DNA from: Cyanophora paradoxa CCMP329
Taxonomy: Eukaryota; Plantae; Glaucophyta
DNA length: 64,000 bases
Direction: 5' to 3'
Assembly: GCA_004431415.1 (NCBI GenBank)
Contig: QPMI01000416.1
Location: forward strand, 310,001 to 374,000
Part shown: in pieces, positions 1 through 9,215 of the stretch
Layout of the letters: the number at the start of each line of letters is the position of its first letter
Position numbering within the stretch: position 1 is the first letter of the stretch
Notes under the pieces: model-generated
What the model saw: only the letters and a program-made list of their open reading frames with translations
What the model was told of the DNA's origin: nothing
Database searches by the model: none
Translations under genes and position numbers: made by a program

Positions 1-58
1 GGACGGCGGGCGATCCCAAAGCGTAAACAGGTAATTGCACACGATTATATTCGCCCAT
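1..58 (-). CDS. 5' end of a putative viral gene running off the window (MGEYNRVQLPVYALGSPAV...)
   Basis: ATG at 58 (minus) is preceded by TAGTAAAAGAAGCA, similar to the motif upstream of the other viral genes. The frame is open to the window edge. Confidence 0.3.
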   Translation of the reverse strand, partial: MGEYNRVQLPVYALGSPAV

Positions 59-170
59 TGCTTCTTTTACTAAGAAGGAAAGAAAAATAAACGACTTTCA
101 AGAAGGACATGCAAGATACATGCCTTTCTTATGCATGATCTATGAAAAATAACAATAAACCCATCTCTCT

Positions 171-434
171 TTACATAGGAGCACTCACAGTAATTTCGCT
201 TGCCTTTCGAACAGTCCCCCGATTAAACGCTTGCTCTACAATCGCTTCCTTTGTGAGTGGAATCGGAATTCCAGCAGCAATACACGATTTAACTTCTTTG
301 TCCACAATCTCATCAATCGCGATTCTCGCCCTATTATGAGCAGCATTATCGATCCAATCCTGAACAGAGTAGGCACAGTATTCCATTCCCAGTTTTTCAG
401 TATCAGTTAGAACTACTTGATAGATGTTCGACAT
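171..434 (-). CDS. 87-aa phage-type hypothetical protein, putative fibre-associated/assembly factor
   Basis: LTDTEKLGMEYCAYSVQDWIDNAAHNRARIAIDEIV...IPLTKEAIVEQAF resembles, from recall, small proteins encoded just downstream of C1q-type fibre genes in marine tailed phages. It is co-oriented with and starts ~9 bp after the C1q ORF. Confidence 0.65.
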   Translation of the reverse strand: MSNIYQVVLTDTEKLGMEYCAYSVQDWIDNAAHNRARIAIDEIVDKEVKSCIAAGIPIPLTKEAIVEQAFNRGTVRKASEITVSAPM

Positions 435-443
435 TCTTTTACT

Positions 444-1457
444 TTATGTTGCAGAAATTAATTCACCAGAAAAAATCGTGTAACTCCCGCCATACTCGCC
501 ATATAAACTACCTGTTCTAATATATATTCTAACGGAGTCTCCGGCTACAAGATTTAAATTTACATTGAATAATGCGGGAACATATGCAACACCGACAGCT
601 GTGGAAGCTAGTATTTCAATACTCGATGGATCAGCATTATTAACATGTATTGCAACTTTGGTTTGAACTGTGACGTTTCCAGTAAATGCAGCGAGCATGA
701 ATTTATAATCACCATTAACAGGAGCTGTAAATTTACCTGTCGAAGAATCGAAACAGTTGCCGTGATTTAATATTGTTCGACCATAAGTGGTTATATATGC
801 AGCAGAATTAACTGGTGCAACTAATGCAACAGAAAATCGTGGATGATTAGGAAGTGCAAGATAAGAGTTCGCCCCATTAATTGTAAGACCTTTCCAGTTG
901 TAAGTTCCAGCGACTGCATTCGGTGTTGAATTGGTGGAAGTTTTCACAAATGTAGAAGCGATATTCTCATTATTTCGCTTAATTACTAATTCTGTGTTCG
1001 CCCCAGAATCAATAGTCGTCGTTTTAACTGTCCCAAATGATCCAGCTGTAAGGCTTCCATTGATTGTCGCATTTCCAGTAATTGTCGCATTCCCATTCAC
1101 CCCCAAGCCAGTCCCAATCCATGCCCCACCACTGTAAACTTGAAAAGCCGCGGAATTCCTATCAGCCGGATCGAAAGCTGTTTTATAATCCGCTTGACCT
1201 TCATATAGATTTTCTTTGGTGACCAGCCCCGAAGATATTGCGGGTCGATTCGATACGATCATTTGAGTAGCTTTAACGATTCCACCAGCCTTGTCGGCTC
1301 TGAGTTCTTTGACTCTGAGTATGGAGGTCTCATTGAAAGAATCGGTTTTCGCTGTCTCAGTCGAAGGGAATGACTCGTTTAGATCATATACAGTGTGTTG
1401 CACGTTATGGACAGCACTGGCTGATAAGGAAAACACAGGCGTGAACACAGTCGACAT
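444..1457 (-). CDS. Fibre/receptor-binding protein with C-terminal C1q (TNF-like jelly-roll) domain
   Basis: C-terminal PRFSV...LNHGNCFDSSTGKFTAPVNGDYKF...LNLVAGDSVRI...YTIFSGELI fits the C1q consensus. The upstream GLGVNGNATITGNATINGSL is a beta-shaft-like repeat. Confidence 0.85.
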   Translation of the reverse strand: MSTVFTPVFSLSASAVHNVQHTVYDLNESFPSTETAKTDSFNETSILRVKELRADKAGGIVKATQMIVSNRPAISSGLVTKENLYEGQADYKTAFDPADRNSAAFQVYSGGAWIGTGLGVNGNATITGNATINGSLTAGSFGTVKTTTIDSGANTELVIKRNNENIASTFVKTSTNSTPNAVAGTYNWKGLTINGANSYLALPNHPRFSVALVAPVNSAAYITTYGRTILNHGNCFDSSTGKFTAPVNGDYKFMLAAFTGNVTVQTKVAIHVNNADPSSIEILASTAVGVAYVPALFNVNLNLVAGDSVRIYIRTGSLYGEYGGSYTIFSGELISAT

Positions 1458-1477
1458 CTTTTGATTGTTCTTTATTA

Positions 1478-3253
1478 TTACGTGAGAATATTATTGTTTT
1501 GGAGAGGTCCGACAGCAATCCAATGGAGTTTAAGCGTTCTTTCGTTTTGTGGCACATTCGTATAATTGATCGCCGAATAACAAGTAAATATAGCAATCCA
1601 GGTGAATTTATTTTTGAAACCAACACGGTTCCCACTCACAAATTCAGCGGAGATATATATGCTATTGGTGAAATCGACACTCGTTAAAATAATACTGTTT
1701 TCGAGAGTAGCATTAACTATTGGATCACTATAATATGGGGTAGAAAACGTAACGGTTCCTGATGCTGTAAACACTTGCCCTACTGTATAAACTTGATTAG
1801 GTATAACTACATCCGCTGTCCCCTGTTGCACATATGCATTTGGATTTACATAGCTACCGAAATTCGTGAGCAACTCGATGCTGTGATTGTGAGTAGGTGG
1901 CGAAGTAGGTGTGTTAATCAGGTCATCATAATTTCCACTTGTAGCCACAGCATGTAGGTTTGGTGTGTTTATCAGATCATCATAATTTCCACTTGTAGCC
2001 ACAGCATGTAGGTTTGGTGTGTTTATCAGATCATCATAATTTCCACTTGTAGCCACAGCATGTAGGTTTGGTGTGTTTATCAGATCATCATAATTTCCAC
2101 TTGTGGCAACAGCATGTAAATTCGGTTTAGTAAATAATCTATCCCATGTCCCATTGAAAGGTAGTGTAGATTCTGATATAATTACACCTTGATCGATCCA
2201 ACGAGGTATATAGCTTGTGAAATCGGGAGGATTTACAAGATCATAGTAATTTCCTGTGTATGCTACACTACTCCAAGTCGGCTTCTGAATGATATCACTC
2301 CACTTCCCACTGAATCCCGCCGGCACATCTGTAAGCTCCTTATAGCTCACCTTTTGCTTTGGTATAGACAGCTCAATTGGTGAGAATGCACCCGAAAGGC
2401 GATTTTCAGAGGTGAAATACATGAGGTTTTGACTGTTAGGGAAGTCATCCACGACATTAAAGGTGGAATTCGTGGGTAATTCGAGGCGACTGATTGGGGT
2501 GTTTGGATCTAATACATATTCAGCACCAAGGTGGACAACAGGAAATGTTTGATCATTCGGAGTAGTAACAAAGAAATTAGAAGCATGCACATCACCTGCC
2601 ACAGTTCCACCTGTTAGTGGTAAATAATCATGATCGTGTGAATCAGGTGGATAGGTCGATGGGGGATTAACAATATGCTCCCAAAAATGCTTGTGAACAT
2701 TGGGTAATTCGAGTCGACTTATTGGAGTGTTTGGATCTAATACATATTCAGCACCAAGGTGGACAACAGGAAATGTTTGATCATGTGGAGTGTCGACAAA
2801 GAAATTCGGGGCGTGCACATCACCTGTAAGAGTCCCACCTGTAAGAGGTAGATAATTCCCAAGAGCCGACGTTAATTCGGTATCTGTAACATAATCTTCA
2901 AGAATTGCTGCAAGTTCTGTATCATCTACATAGTTTTTGCTTTGGAGGTAATCATCTGTTACCACACCTGAAAGGGTTGTATTGTGTAAGTTTTTCGCCG
3001 CCATTCTCTGATTGACTTCTAAGGCGCCACCTGTTGTTGTTTTAATCCATGCAATCTCGCATTTTCCGTGATCATCTGTGGGTTGTCCCACAACAGGAAG
3101 ATAGTTTACAACTTTCTCCCTTGTGAACACAATCTTAGGTCTTGCTCCATCATATGCGCTTTGATCCGTTACATTTACTTGAATTGCTGCTGAAAAATCC
3201 GCTTCTTGTCCTATTTCTCCTGGGTGATAATTCGTAACATAGATACTGGGAAA
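1478..3253 (-). CDS. C-terminal part of a large tail-fibre-like protein, in the -1 frame relative to 3211..5961
   Basis: The frame of ORF 1478..3130 stays open upstream (SIYVTNYHPGEIGQEADFSAAIQVNVTDQSAYDGARPKIVF) and aligns with an internal module of the 916-aa ORF (GIYLTSFYPED...AAMQINVTDVSDFDQSRPKLVF). It contains YLPLTGGT, HxH and ATSGNYDDL phage-fibre-type repeats. Confidence 0.8.
   Translation of the reverse strand, partial: FPSIYVTNYHPGEIGQEADFSAAIQVNVTDQSAYDGARPKIVFTREKVVNYLPVVGQPTDDHGKCEIAWIKTTTGGALEVNQRMAAKNLHNTTLSGVVTDDYLQSKNYVDDTELAAILEDYVTDTELTSALGNYLPLTGGTLTGDVHAPNFFVDTPHDQTFPVVHLGAEYVLDPNTPISRLELPNVHKHFWEHIVNPPSTYPPDSHDHDYLPLTGGTVAGDVHASNFFVTTPNDQTFPVVHLGAEYVLDPNTPISRLELPTNSTFNVVDDFPNSQNLMYFTSENRLSGAFSPIELSIPKQKVSYKELTDVPAGFSGKWSDIIQKPTWSSVAYTGNYYDLVNPPDFTSYIPRWIDQGVIISESTLPFNGTWDRLFTKPNLHAVATSGNYDDLINTPNLHAVATSGNYDDLINTPNLHAVATSGNYDDLINTPNLHAVATSGNYDDLINTPTSPPTHNHSIELLTNFGSYVNPNAYVQQGTADVVIPNQVYTVGQVFTASGTVTFSTPYYSDPIVNATLENSIILTSVDFTNSIYISAEFVSGNRVGFKNKFTWIAIFTCYSAINYTNVPQNERTLKLHWIAVGPLQNNNILT
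1907..2125. repeat. 54-bp coding tandem repeat x4 (PNLHAVATSGNYDDLINT)
   Basis: Near-identical units at 54-bp spacing, e.g. ATTTCCACTTGT at 1931, 1985, 2039 and 2093. Confidence 0.95.
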
Positions 3254-5961
3254 GTATCATTTACTCCTACATTGAAATCGCCACTATACACTCCGTTTAC
3301 GATTGGATCCCTGGGTAATCTTACAGCAAGAGTTCCCACCATCGGTGTGCCTGTTTCACCTGTAAACGACCCATTCAGACTAACATAATGATCATTCAAA
3401 AATAGCCTTTCAGGTGTATTAATCGATTGGTAAAGTGTGACCCCATTAAAAACATTTCCGATTGCATTCAATTGCGCAAAAACTGGCTGCTCATCTATTT
3501 CCTCCCATGGGTGCCTGTGGTTACTATTGGTAATCTCTGAATAATCATGAGTGTGTGAATCAGGTGGGAAGGTTAACGGAGGATTTGTGATATGCTCCCA
3601 TAAATGAGTATGGGCGAAATCTGTGATTTGAGATTTTGTGTGAGTATGGTCAAAATCTGTGATTTGCGATTTTGTGTGAGTATGGTCAAAATCTGTAATA
3701 TCTGCTTTTGTGTGTTTTTGTTTTGCTAACCAATCTAAGACAACATTCGAAGTAGGATGATGTGGAAGGTTTGCTTCAATATTCACAGTTAAGTAGTCGA
3801 CTATTAAATTACTTCCATAAATATTACTTGCCCATAGATTACTTGCCCATAGGTTACTTGTCCATATGTTACTTGCTGAAATGTTACTGGTATAAATGTT
3901 ACTTGTGACTGTAAGGTTTGTGTCGTTTTTGATAACAAATAAAGAAAATATATTAGTAAGTTCGCCTTCATCAATGTATCCTTGATGTTCTAAATAATCT
4001 TCCGTTACCACTCTCGAAATATCTTCATTGTGTATGTTTTTGGCGCTTGCTCTTTGATTGATTTCTAATAAACCTTCACCAACACCACCGTTATAATTTG
4101 TTTTTATCCATGCTACCTCACATCTTCTGTAATCATCACGATCTCCTATAAAAGTATTTGGTAAAAGACGCTGCCGACTAAATACTAATTTCGGTCTCGA
4201 TTGGTCAAAATCGCTTACATCTGTTACATTAATTTGCATTGCGGCATCTTTGATATCATAACTATTTGGATCTAATGGAAGTGACGGTATCGGAGGTAAT
4301 ACATCTGTCATCGGGATATCCTCAGGGTAGAAGCTTGTTAAATAAATTCCGGGTTTCGTCTCATATAAACCAAAATTACCATTGATTGGTAAAATCCCCT
4401 CTCTTCTGGGTGGTCTAATGTATAATTCGGCTTCCATTCCTGTGCCTGCTTCTATTCCCATGCGATTAAGGTAGTGGTCATTTAATTGTAATCTTTCTTC
4501 TATGTTAATATTTCTATAAAGACTTACACCATGTTGAAAATCTGTTAATACATTTCCTGCGGATGCGAAAGTAGGTTGCTCATCGATTTCGTCCCAATTA
4601 TGCCTATGGTCTTCTGGTGGAAATTCAGTAGGTATGTTATCTAAATCTTCCCAATTGTGCCTATGCTCTGTGGGCGGAAATCTTTCCGGTTTGTTTAAAA
4701 TGTCTTCCCATTCGTGTTCGTGTGGATCTGGTGGAAATGTTTCGGGTTTGTTAATAATATCCCTCCAATCTACGGTAAAATCGAAAAAACCCGGCTGTAA
4801 TCCGTCTGGTAATAACTCTTCATCTGGTATATGTGGTTGTTCGTAATCTATGTTAGGTGGATTTAATCCATCTGGTAAAAGTTGTTCATCGAAAGGTTCG
4901 TAACGATCATATAACATATGGTTAGGATCAAATCCATCCGGCAATTCTTCCACGTCTTCACATTCTTTATGTTCGAGAGGTATAACATTAATATCTGGTG
5001 CTAAGAGTTCCTCAGCGGGCGGTTTGTAATCTTTAAAAACTGGTTTATTATAAACTTTTTCCCAACTAACTAAATGTTGCCCAAACGCTACCGTCTCATC
5101 CGCTGTGTATTCTCTACCGGGTTGTTTCTTTGGTGTAAGATCTGGTGGATCCCATGGTAGTGGAAATGGAACCGGAGTAGGTCCGTAATGCTCTATGATT
5201 TCTCTTATGGTCTTTTCACTAACGAGCCGCTCCCCATTTGCATAAACATTACTACCATGAATATTTCGCCATTGTCGGGTTCTAATTCCAAGGTCTTTGG
5301 TGTTTGTCTTCAAAGGTAAAAGGTGGCGATCCATTTCGACAAGATCAGGATGTAAATGTATAGCTACTGGTTGACTGGGACTACTGTCGACTGTGATCGA
5401 ATCCTTTTCTTTGGAAGTATCCGGTGGAAGAGTGAAACCAAACAGTGCATTAGTGTTTGAATTGTTGACAATGTCCTTTGGGTAAACATTGTTGGTGTGG
5501 CGAATCTGATTCTCTTCACCATGTGGTGCAATTTGCAATATTTCAGGGATTTGTGCTATCGAATTTGATCCTTCATTATAGATCCGTAAACCGCTACGAT
5601 GAACTCCCTTCTCATCCTGGACATTAAAAACCAAACGTCCGCTATCGTAACGTGTGGGAATATCGGGATGCGTTCCACTTGCTTTAAGTTTCCGTGGTCT
5701 CCTTCTTGTTGCCTTGATCTCCGCAACCGTATTTTTTTTTACATTCCCCAAACTGAAAGCTATACTTACATCTTCTTTCTCTGGGTCTGTTTGATTCACC
5801 GTTAAAGCATGAATTCTGGGATACGTCTTACTGGGTTTATCGGCGCTCTGATCAATTGACGCCGACCCTTTAATGGTGATATTATCAAAGTTAACATGTT
5901 TAGTGTTTCCTTTACCACTACCTGTTATGGTTTGTAAATTTGCTGGATAATTGAAACTCAT
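3211..5961 (-). CDS. N-terminal 916 aa of a large tail-fibre-like virion protein
   Basis: His-repeat fibre motifs (HEHEWEDI, HRHNWEDL, HTHTKSQITDF), an LLPLKTNTKDLGIRTRQWRNIH tail-spike-like motif, SNxx(T/A) pentapeptide repeats and an internal module duplication. Confidence 0.8.
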   Translation of the reverse strand: MSFNYPANLQTITGSGKGNTKHVNFDNITIKGSASIDQSADKPSKTYPRIHALTVNQTDPEKEDVSIAFSLGNVKKNTVAEIKATRRRPRKLKASGTHPDIPTRYDSGRLVFNVQDEKGVHRSGLRIYNEGSNSIAQIPEILQIAPHGEENQIRHTNNVYPKDIVNNSNTNALFGFTLPPDTSKEKDSITVDSSPSQPVAIHLHPDLVEMDRHLLPLKTNTKDLGIRTRQWRNIHGSNVYANGERLVSEKTIREIIEHYGPTPVPFPLPWDPPDLTPKKQPGREYTADETVAFGQHLVSWEKVYNKPVFKDYKPPAEELLAPDINVIPLEHKECEDVEELPDGFDPNHMLYDRYEPFDEQLLPDGLNPPNIDYEQPHIPDEELLPDGLQPGFFDFTVDWRDIINKPETFPPDPHEHEWEDILNKPERFPPTEHRHNWEDLDNIPTEFPPEDHRHNWDEIDEQPTFASAGNVLTDFQHGVSLYRNINIEERLQLNDHYLNRMGIEAGTGMEAELYIRPPRREGILPINGNFGLYETKPGIYLTSFYPEDIPMTDVLPPIPSLPLDPNSYDIKDAAMQINVTDVSDFDQSRPKLVFSRQRLLPNTFIGDRDDYRRCEVAWIKTNYNGGVGEGLLEINQRASAKNIHNEDISRVVTEDYLEHQGYIDEGELTNIFSLFVIKNDTNLTVTSNIYTSNISASNIWTSNLWASNLWASNIYGSNLIVDYLTVNIEANLPHHPTSNVVLDWLAKQKHTKADITDFDHTHTKSQITDFDHTHTKSQITDFAHTHLWEHITNPPLTFPPDSHTHDYSEITNSNHRHPWEEIDEQPVFAQLNAIGNVFNGVTLYQSINTPERLFLNDHYVSLNGSFTGETGTPMVGTLAVRLPRDPIVNGVYSGDFNVGVNDTFPVSMLRIITQEK
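3610..3715. repeat. 36-bp coding tandem repeat x3 (HTHTKSQITDFD)
   Basis: Visible in both the DNA and the translation. Confidence 0.9.
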
Positions 5962-6000
5962 CCCTGGTTACTCTAATAATAGAGATTTATTAAATTTCAA

Positions 6001-6013
6001 TAAAGTAAAGATG
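6001..6013 (+). promoter_or_regulatory. Shared viral upstream motif TA(A/G)(A/G)GTAA...G-ATG (example at the patatin start)
   Basis: TAAAGTAAAG-ATG (6011+), TAAGGTAAAG-ATG (8690-), TAAAGTAAAAGA-ATG (434-), TAGAGTAACCAGGG-ATG (5961-), TAAAGAACAATCAAAAG-ATG (1457-). Confidence 0.55.
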
Positions 6014-7395
6014 CCTTTAAAGGTCGTTTTAGCTTTGTCTGGCGGCGGCGCACGTGGTATTATCATAACAAGGTTGTTAAAAGAAATAGAAACAAGAACA
6101 GGTAAACGCGTTATTGATTTGGTCGATCTTGTAAGTGGAACGTCCACAGGCGGTATTATTGCTATTGGTCTCAATGTGAAAAATCCCGAATTTCCCGATG
6201 AACCTAAATTAACAGCTACCGACCTTCATAATACTTACCTATATCATCTCCCATTGATCTTTGCGAATCCACGGAATATCATAGAGAATGCACTTTTTAA
6301 TACTAAATACGATGTATCACCATTAGAAACCGCTATTTTCTCTGTGACTGGGGAAGCTCTCATTACGAGGGGATGTGTCTAATTGATGGTGCGATATCAG
6401 GTAACAATAACCCAAGTGTTTGTGGTTACAGTCACGCAAAAAAGATTTATGATAACGACGACGATATTATAGTTATTAGCATATCATGTGGTGAGGTTAA
6501 CGAAACCGACGCACCAAATGTGGGTTACTCTTACGAAAGTGTGAATACCTGGGGAATTCTATCATGGATTGCTTCCACATCAGGAAGTCCATTAATCAAT
6601 ATGCTAATGGCTGCAAGTGAATTATCGGCTCTTGAAAAGATGCATGAGTTTTTACCATATAATGATGACCAAGGATACGCGCGATACTACCGTATCTCTG
6701 TGCCGCTCCCGAAAGATATCTTAAATTCTCTCGATGATACTTCAAAGATTCCGGACATGATCGCGGCGACTGAAACGTATATACAAGCAAACGACGCCAT
6801 GATAAATCGACTCTGTGAGTTACTTGTTACAAATTATGAGATTAAGAACCCTATCAGATCTTATGTATCATCCACTCTTAATAACATACCTCCTATCGAT
6901 GCTAATTGGTATCTTCTATCGGATAATGCGTTTACCGCTTCTTCTGCAAAATTCGGAAAAGAGGCATTTAAAGCCCGCCCATCATTAACTGGATGGGAAG
7001 CGAATGCATCCGCCATAAACGGAATATGGGAAACGCCAACTGAATATTTGCAAATTGCTTTTCCATATACATATGAAATCGCTTCTATAATTGCATATGG
7101 ATCAGGTATAACGACTGCGTTTATTAAGACTTTTAATGTTGCGACATCGCAAGATGGTTTAACATGGTCATTTATCAAATATGAGGGTGTAAATAGAATG
7201 TTTGTATGTGAGAATATAAATAATGCTAATAATTCTGGGGATGTATCATATGCTATGGGGTTCCCACTTTCGGTAAATGATGTATTTTACATAGGTTATC
7301 CATTGAGAACACGATATATTCGAATTTATCCATTAGTATATATAAATGCTCCGACTATGAGAGTCGATGTGTCAGGCGCATTTATTAGAAATTAG
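6011..7395 (+). pseudogene. Patatin-like phospholipase fused to a C-terminal F5/8 type C (discoidin) domain; internal deletion plus frameshift at ~6360
   Basis: GGGARG and GTSTG lie in the first frame, DGA and NNP in the second. The usual intervening segment with A(T/S)SAAPxYF is missing. The C-terminus EYLQIAF...FNVATSQDGLTW...TRYIRIYP...MRVDVSG is discoidin-like. Confidence 0.85.
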
Positions 7396-8690
7396 AGCTT
7401 TTCAGTTCCATTTATTGTAAGTTTCTTTAATTCTCTTATAACTTTACTTTTTTTCTTTAATCTGGCTTGTAATAGCGGTTCTTCTGGGACATCATCCGCT
7501 TTTTCGATGCCTTCCTTACGTATTGCCGAATCTATCCGAGCTTCTTCTTTGGCTTGTTCTAATGCATCACCTGTGGGCGCCTCATGATACTCTACACCTT
7601 TGATAGGTAACAGTTCGTGGAAAGCAAACCTTCCATCGACCAATTCGCCATTAGGATTTCGTAACCGAAACTTAAAACCCTCCCTACCCTCGACAGTATA
7701 AACGATTCGCGACCAATTGACACCCTGTTTAGCGAATGGGTTCTTTTCTATTCTCACCCGCACAAACATACCCTTTTGAATACCGTCTAAGTAAGCCATC
7801 GACTTCTTAAACTTCTCATCTTCTAAACCTATGATCTCTCTATAATGCTCATCTGTGGTTTCTGCGGGTTTCCTCTTAGTCGCTGAATGAACAGTATGGT
7901 TATAATTATACTCAATGTCACCCAATACATCAAAGAATCGCGCCGTGTTATTCGCTATGCAATAGTTCGTAATAAGCCGTTTGATCTGTTTGTTAAACGC
8001 TTCAATTCTACCCTGACTCCGATGATCTGCGACATCGCTAATCTGATGGTCGATGAACTTCTTAGCAAGATAGTTAGTAAACATAGTATTAGTAAATTCG
8101 CTACCGCTATCACTTTGGACGCGTGCAATAGGTCGTGGCACTCTCTTTTGTAGCTGTTCGAATGCGGCAAGAGTCGTAATAGCGCTCTTATCTCTCATCG
8201 GAATAATATAACCTGTTCTAAGTGTTGATTCCATAGCCGACATAAACGTATCATATCCGTCATTTTGCTTCTTATAAGCCGGGAAAAACAGAAGATCAAT
8301 AACATAGGTATCGAGAGGCTGCCTAATTGGTATCATCGGGTCTCTCTTTCTGGAAAGAGTCGGCGCGTTAATCTGAACGACTTCCTGTTTATCATACCAT
8401 TCCCTCATCTTCTTATAGTCTTCATCTGGTAACTCCTTCCTCATCGCTCCGAAACCCTTGTAACCGGTGCGCGGATCGTAAAACTTCTTAGCTATCTTAG
8501 ATTCTTTTGTTACAGTCTCAGTAGGCAATGCCTCCGGGATCAGTTCTTTAACTATCTCAGACTTCTTTAAAATTCGTGTGTTTTTCTGTTCTATCGGAAT
8601 GGTTATAGGTAGCATGTTACCCTGATCTTCTTTCATGCTCTTCTTTACGATCTTAGGAATGGGTCTTAATCCTATCTGTGCGGAAGGCAT
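7392..8690 (-). CDS. Retroviral-like (rve, DDE) integrase of Polinton type
   Basis: IDLLF, SDSGSEF and GRIEAFNKQIK supply the D-D-E triad. Also YNHTVHSATKRKP and a C-terminal GMFVRVRIEKNPFAK...WSRIVYTV segment typical of Polinton integrases. Start is placed at MPSAQ (8690) from the upstream motif and to avoid overlap with speD. Confidence 0.92.
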   Translation of the reverse strand: MPSAQIGLRPIPKIVKKSMKEDQGNMLPITIPIEQKNTRILKKSEIVKELIPEALPTETVTKESKIAKKFYDPRTGYKGFGAMRKELPDEDYKKMREWYDKQEVVQINAPTLSRKRDPMIPIRQPLDTYVIDLLFFPAYKKQNDGYDTFMSAMESTLRTGYIIPMRDKSAITTLAAFEQLQKRVPRPIARVQSDSGSEFTNTMFTNYLAKKFIDHQISDVADHRSQGRIEAFNKQIKRLITNYCIANNTARFFDVLGDIEYNYNHTVHSATKRKPAETTDEHYREIIGLEDEKFKKSMAYLDGIQKGMFVRVRIEKNPFAKQGVNWSRIVYTVEGREGFKFRLRNPNGELVDGRFAFHELLPIKGVEYHEAPTGDALEQAKEEARIDSAIRKEGIEKADDVPEEPLLQARLKKKSKVIRELKKLTINGTEKL

Positions 8691-8734
8691 CTTTACCTTA
8701 TTTCCGTAATTTAATTTTTCTATATAATTCATAA

Positions 8735-9166
8735 ATGAAGCGTCCCGCAAGCGAGACTCGGCAAGCGCCCCATCGGGGCTTCCATGTGATGTTAGATTAC
8801 AAGTTTTCGAGTCCACTAATTACGGGAGTGGACAACTTAGAGACCACAACGAAATGGTTAATGCACTTTTTACAAGATATTATACAAGAGCAAGGTATAC
8901 GAGTAGTTCACAAGCATTACGAGATTTTCGATGGTGGTCTTTCACCTCCTGGTTTTACATTAGTTCTCCTATTAGATGAGAGTCATTGCACCGCTCATTG
9001 TTACTCAGACGAGGGCATGTTAGCAATCGATATATTCAGTTGCGGAAGGGAAGCGGAGCGAAAGACATGTAATATATCATCGTTAATAGAAGAGAGGATA
9101 ATAGGTATCTTTGGTGGATCTCCACATACGGAGAGACATAAAGTATCGAGATTTCCGACACGGTAA
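8735..9166 (+). CDS. speD: Prokaryotic-type pyruvoyl S-adenosylmethionine decarboxylase proenzyme (SpeD/SpeH family)
   Basis: GFHVMLD N-terminal motif, LLDESHCTAH autocleavage motif (E-SH) and AIDIFSCG. The length (143 aa) fits the short prokaryotic class. Substrate is not proven. Confidence 0.88.
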   Translation: MKRPASETRQAPHRGFHVMLDYKFSSPLITGVDNLETTTKWLMHFLQDIIQEQGIRVVHKHYEIFDGGLSPPGFTLVLLLDESHCTAHCYSDEGMLAIDIFSCGREAERKTCNISSLIEERIIGIFGGSPHTERHKVSRFPTR

Positions 9167-9215
9167 TAAGTGGTAAAAGAAGATGTAACAGGTTAATTTA
9201 TAGTATTTAAGTGTG

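Noticed and set aside
8691-8816. N-terminal extension of the integrase in the ORF track (start 8816)
   Set aside because: It overlaps speD on the opposite strand, and the ATG at 8690 has the shared upstream motif.
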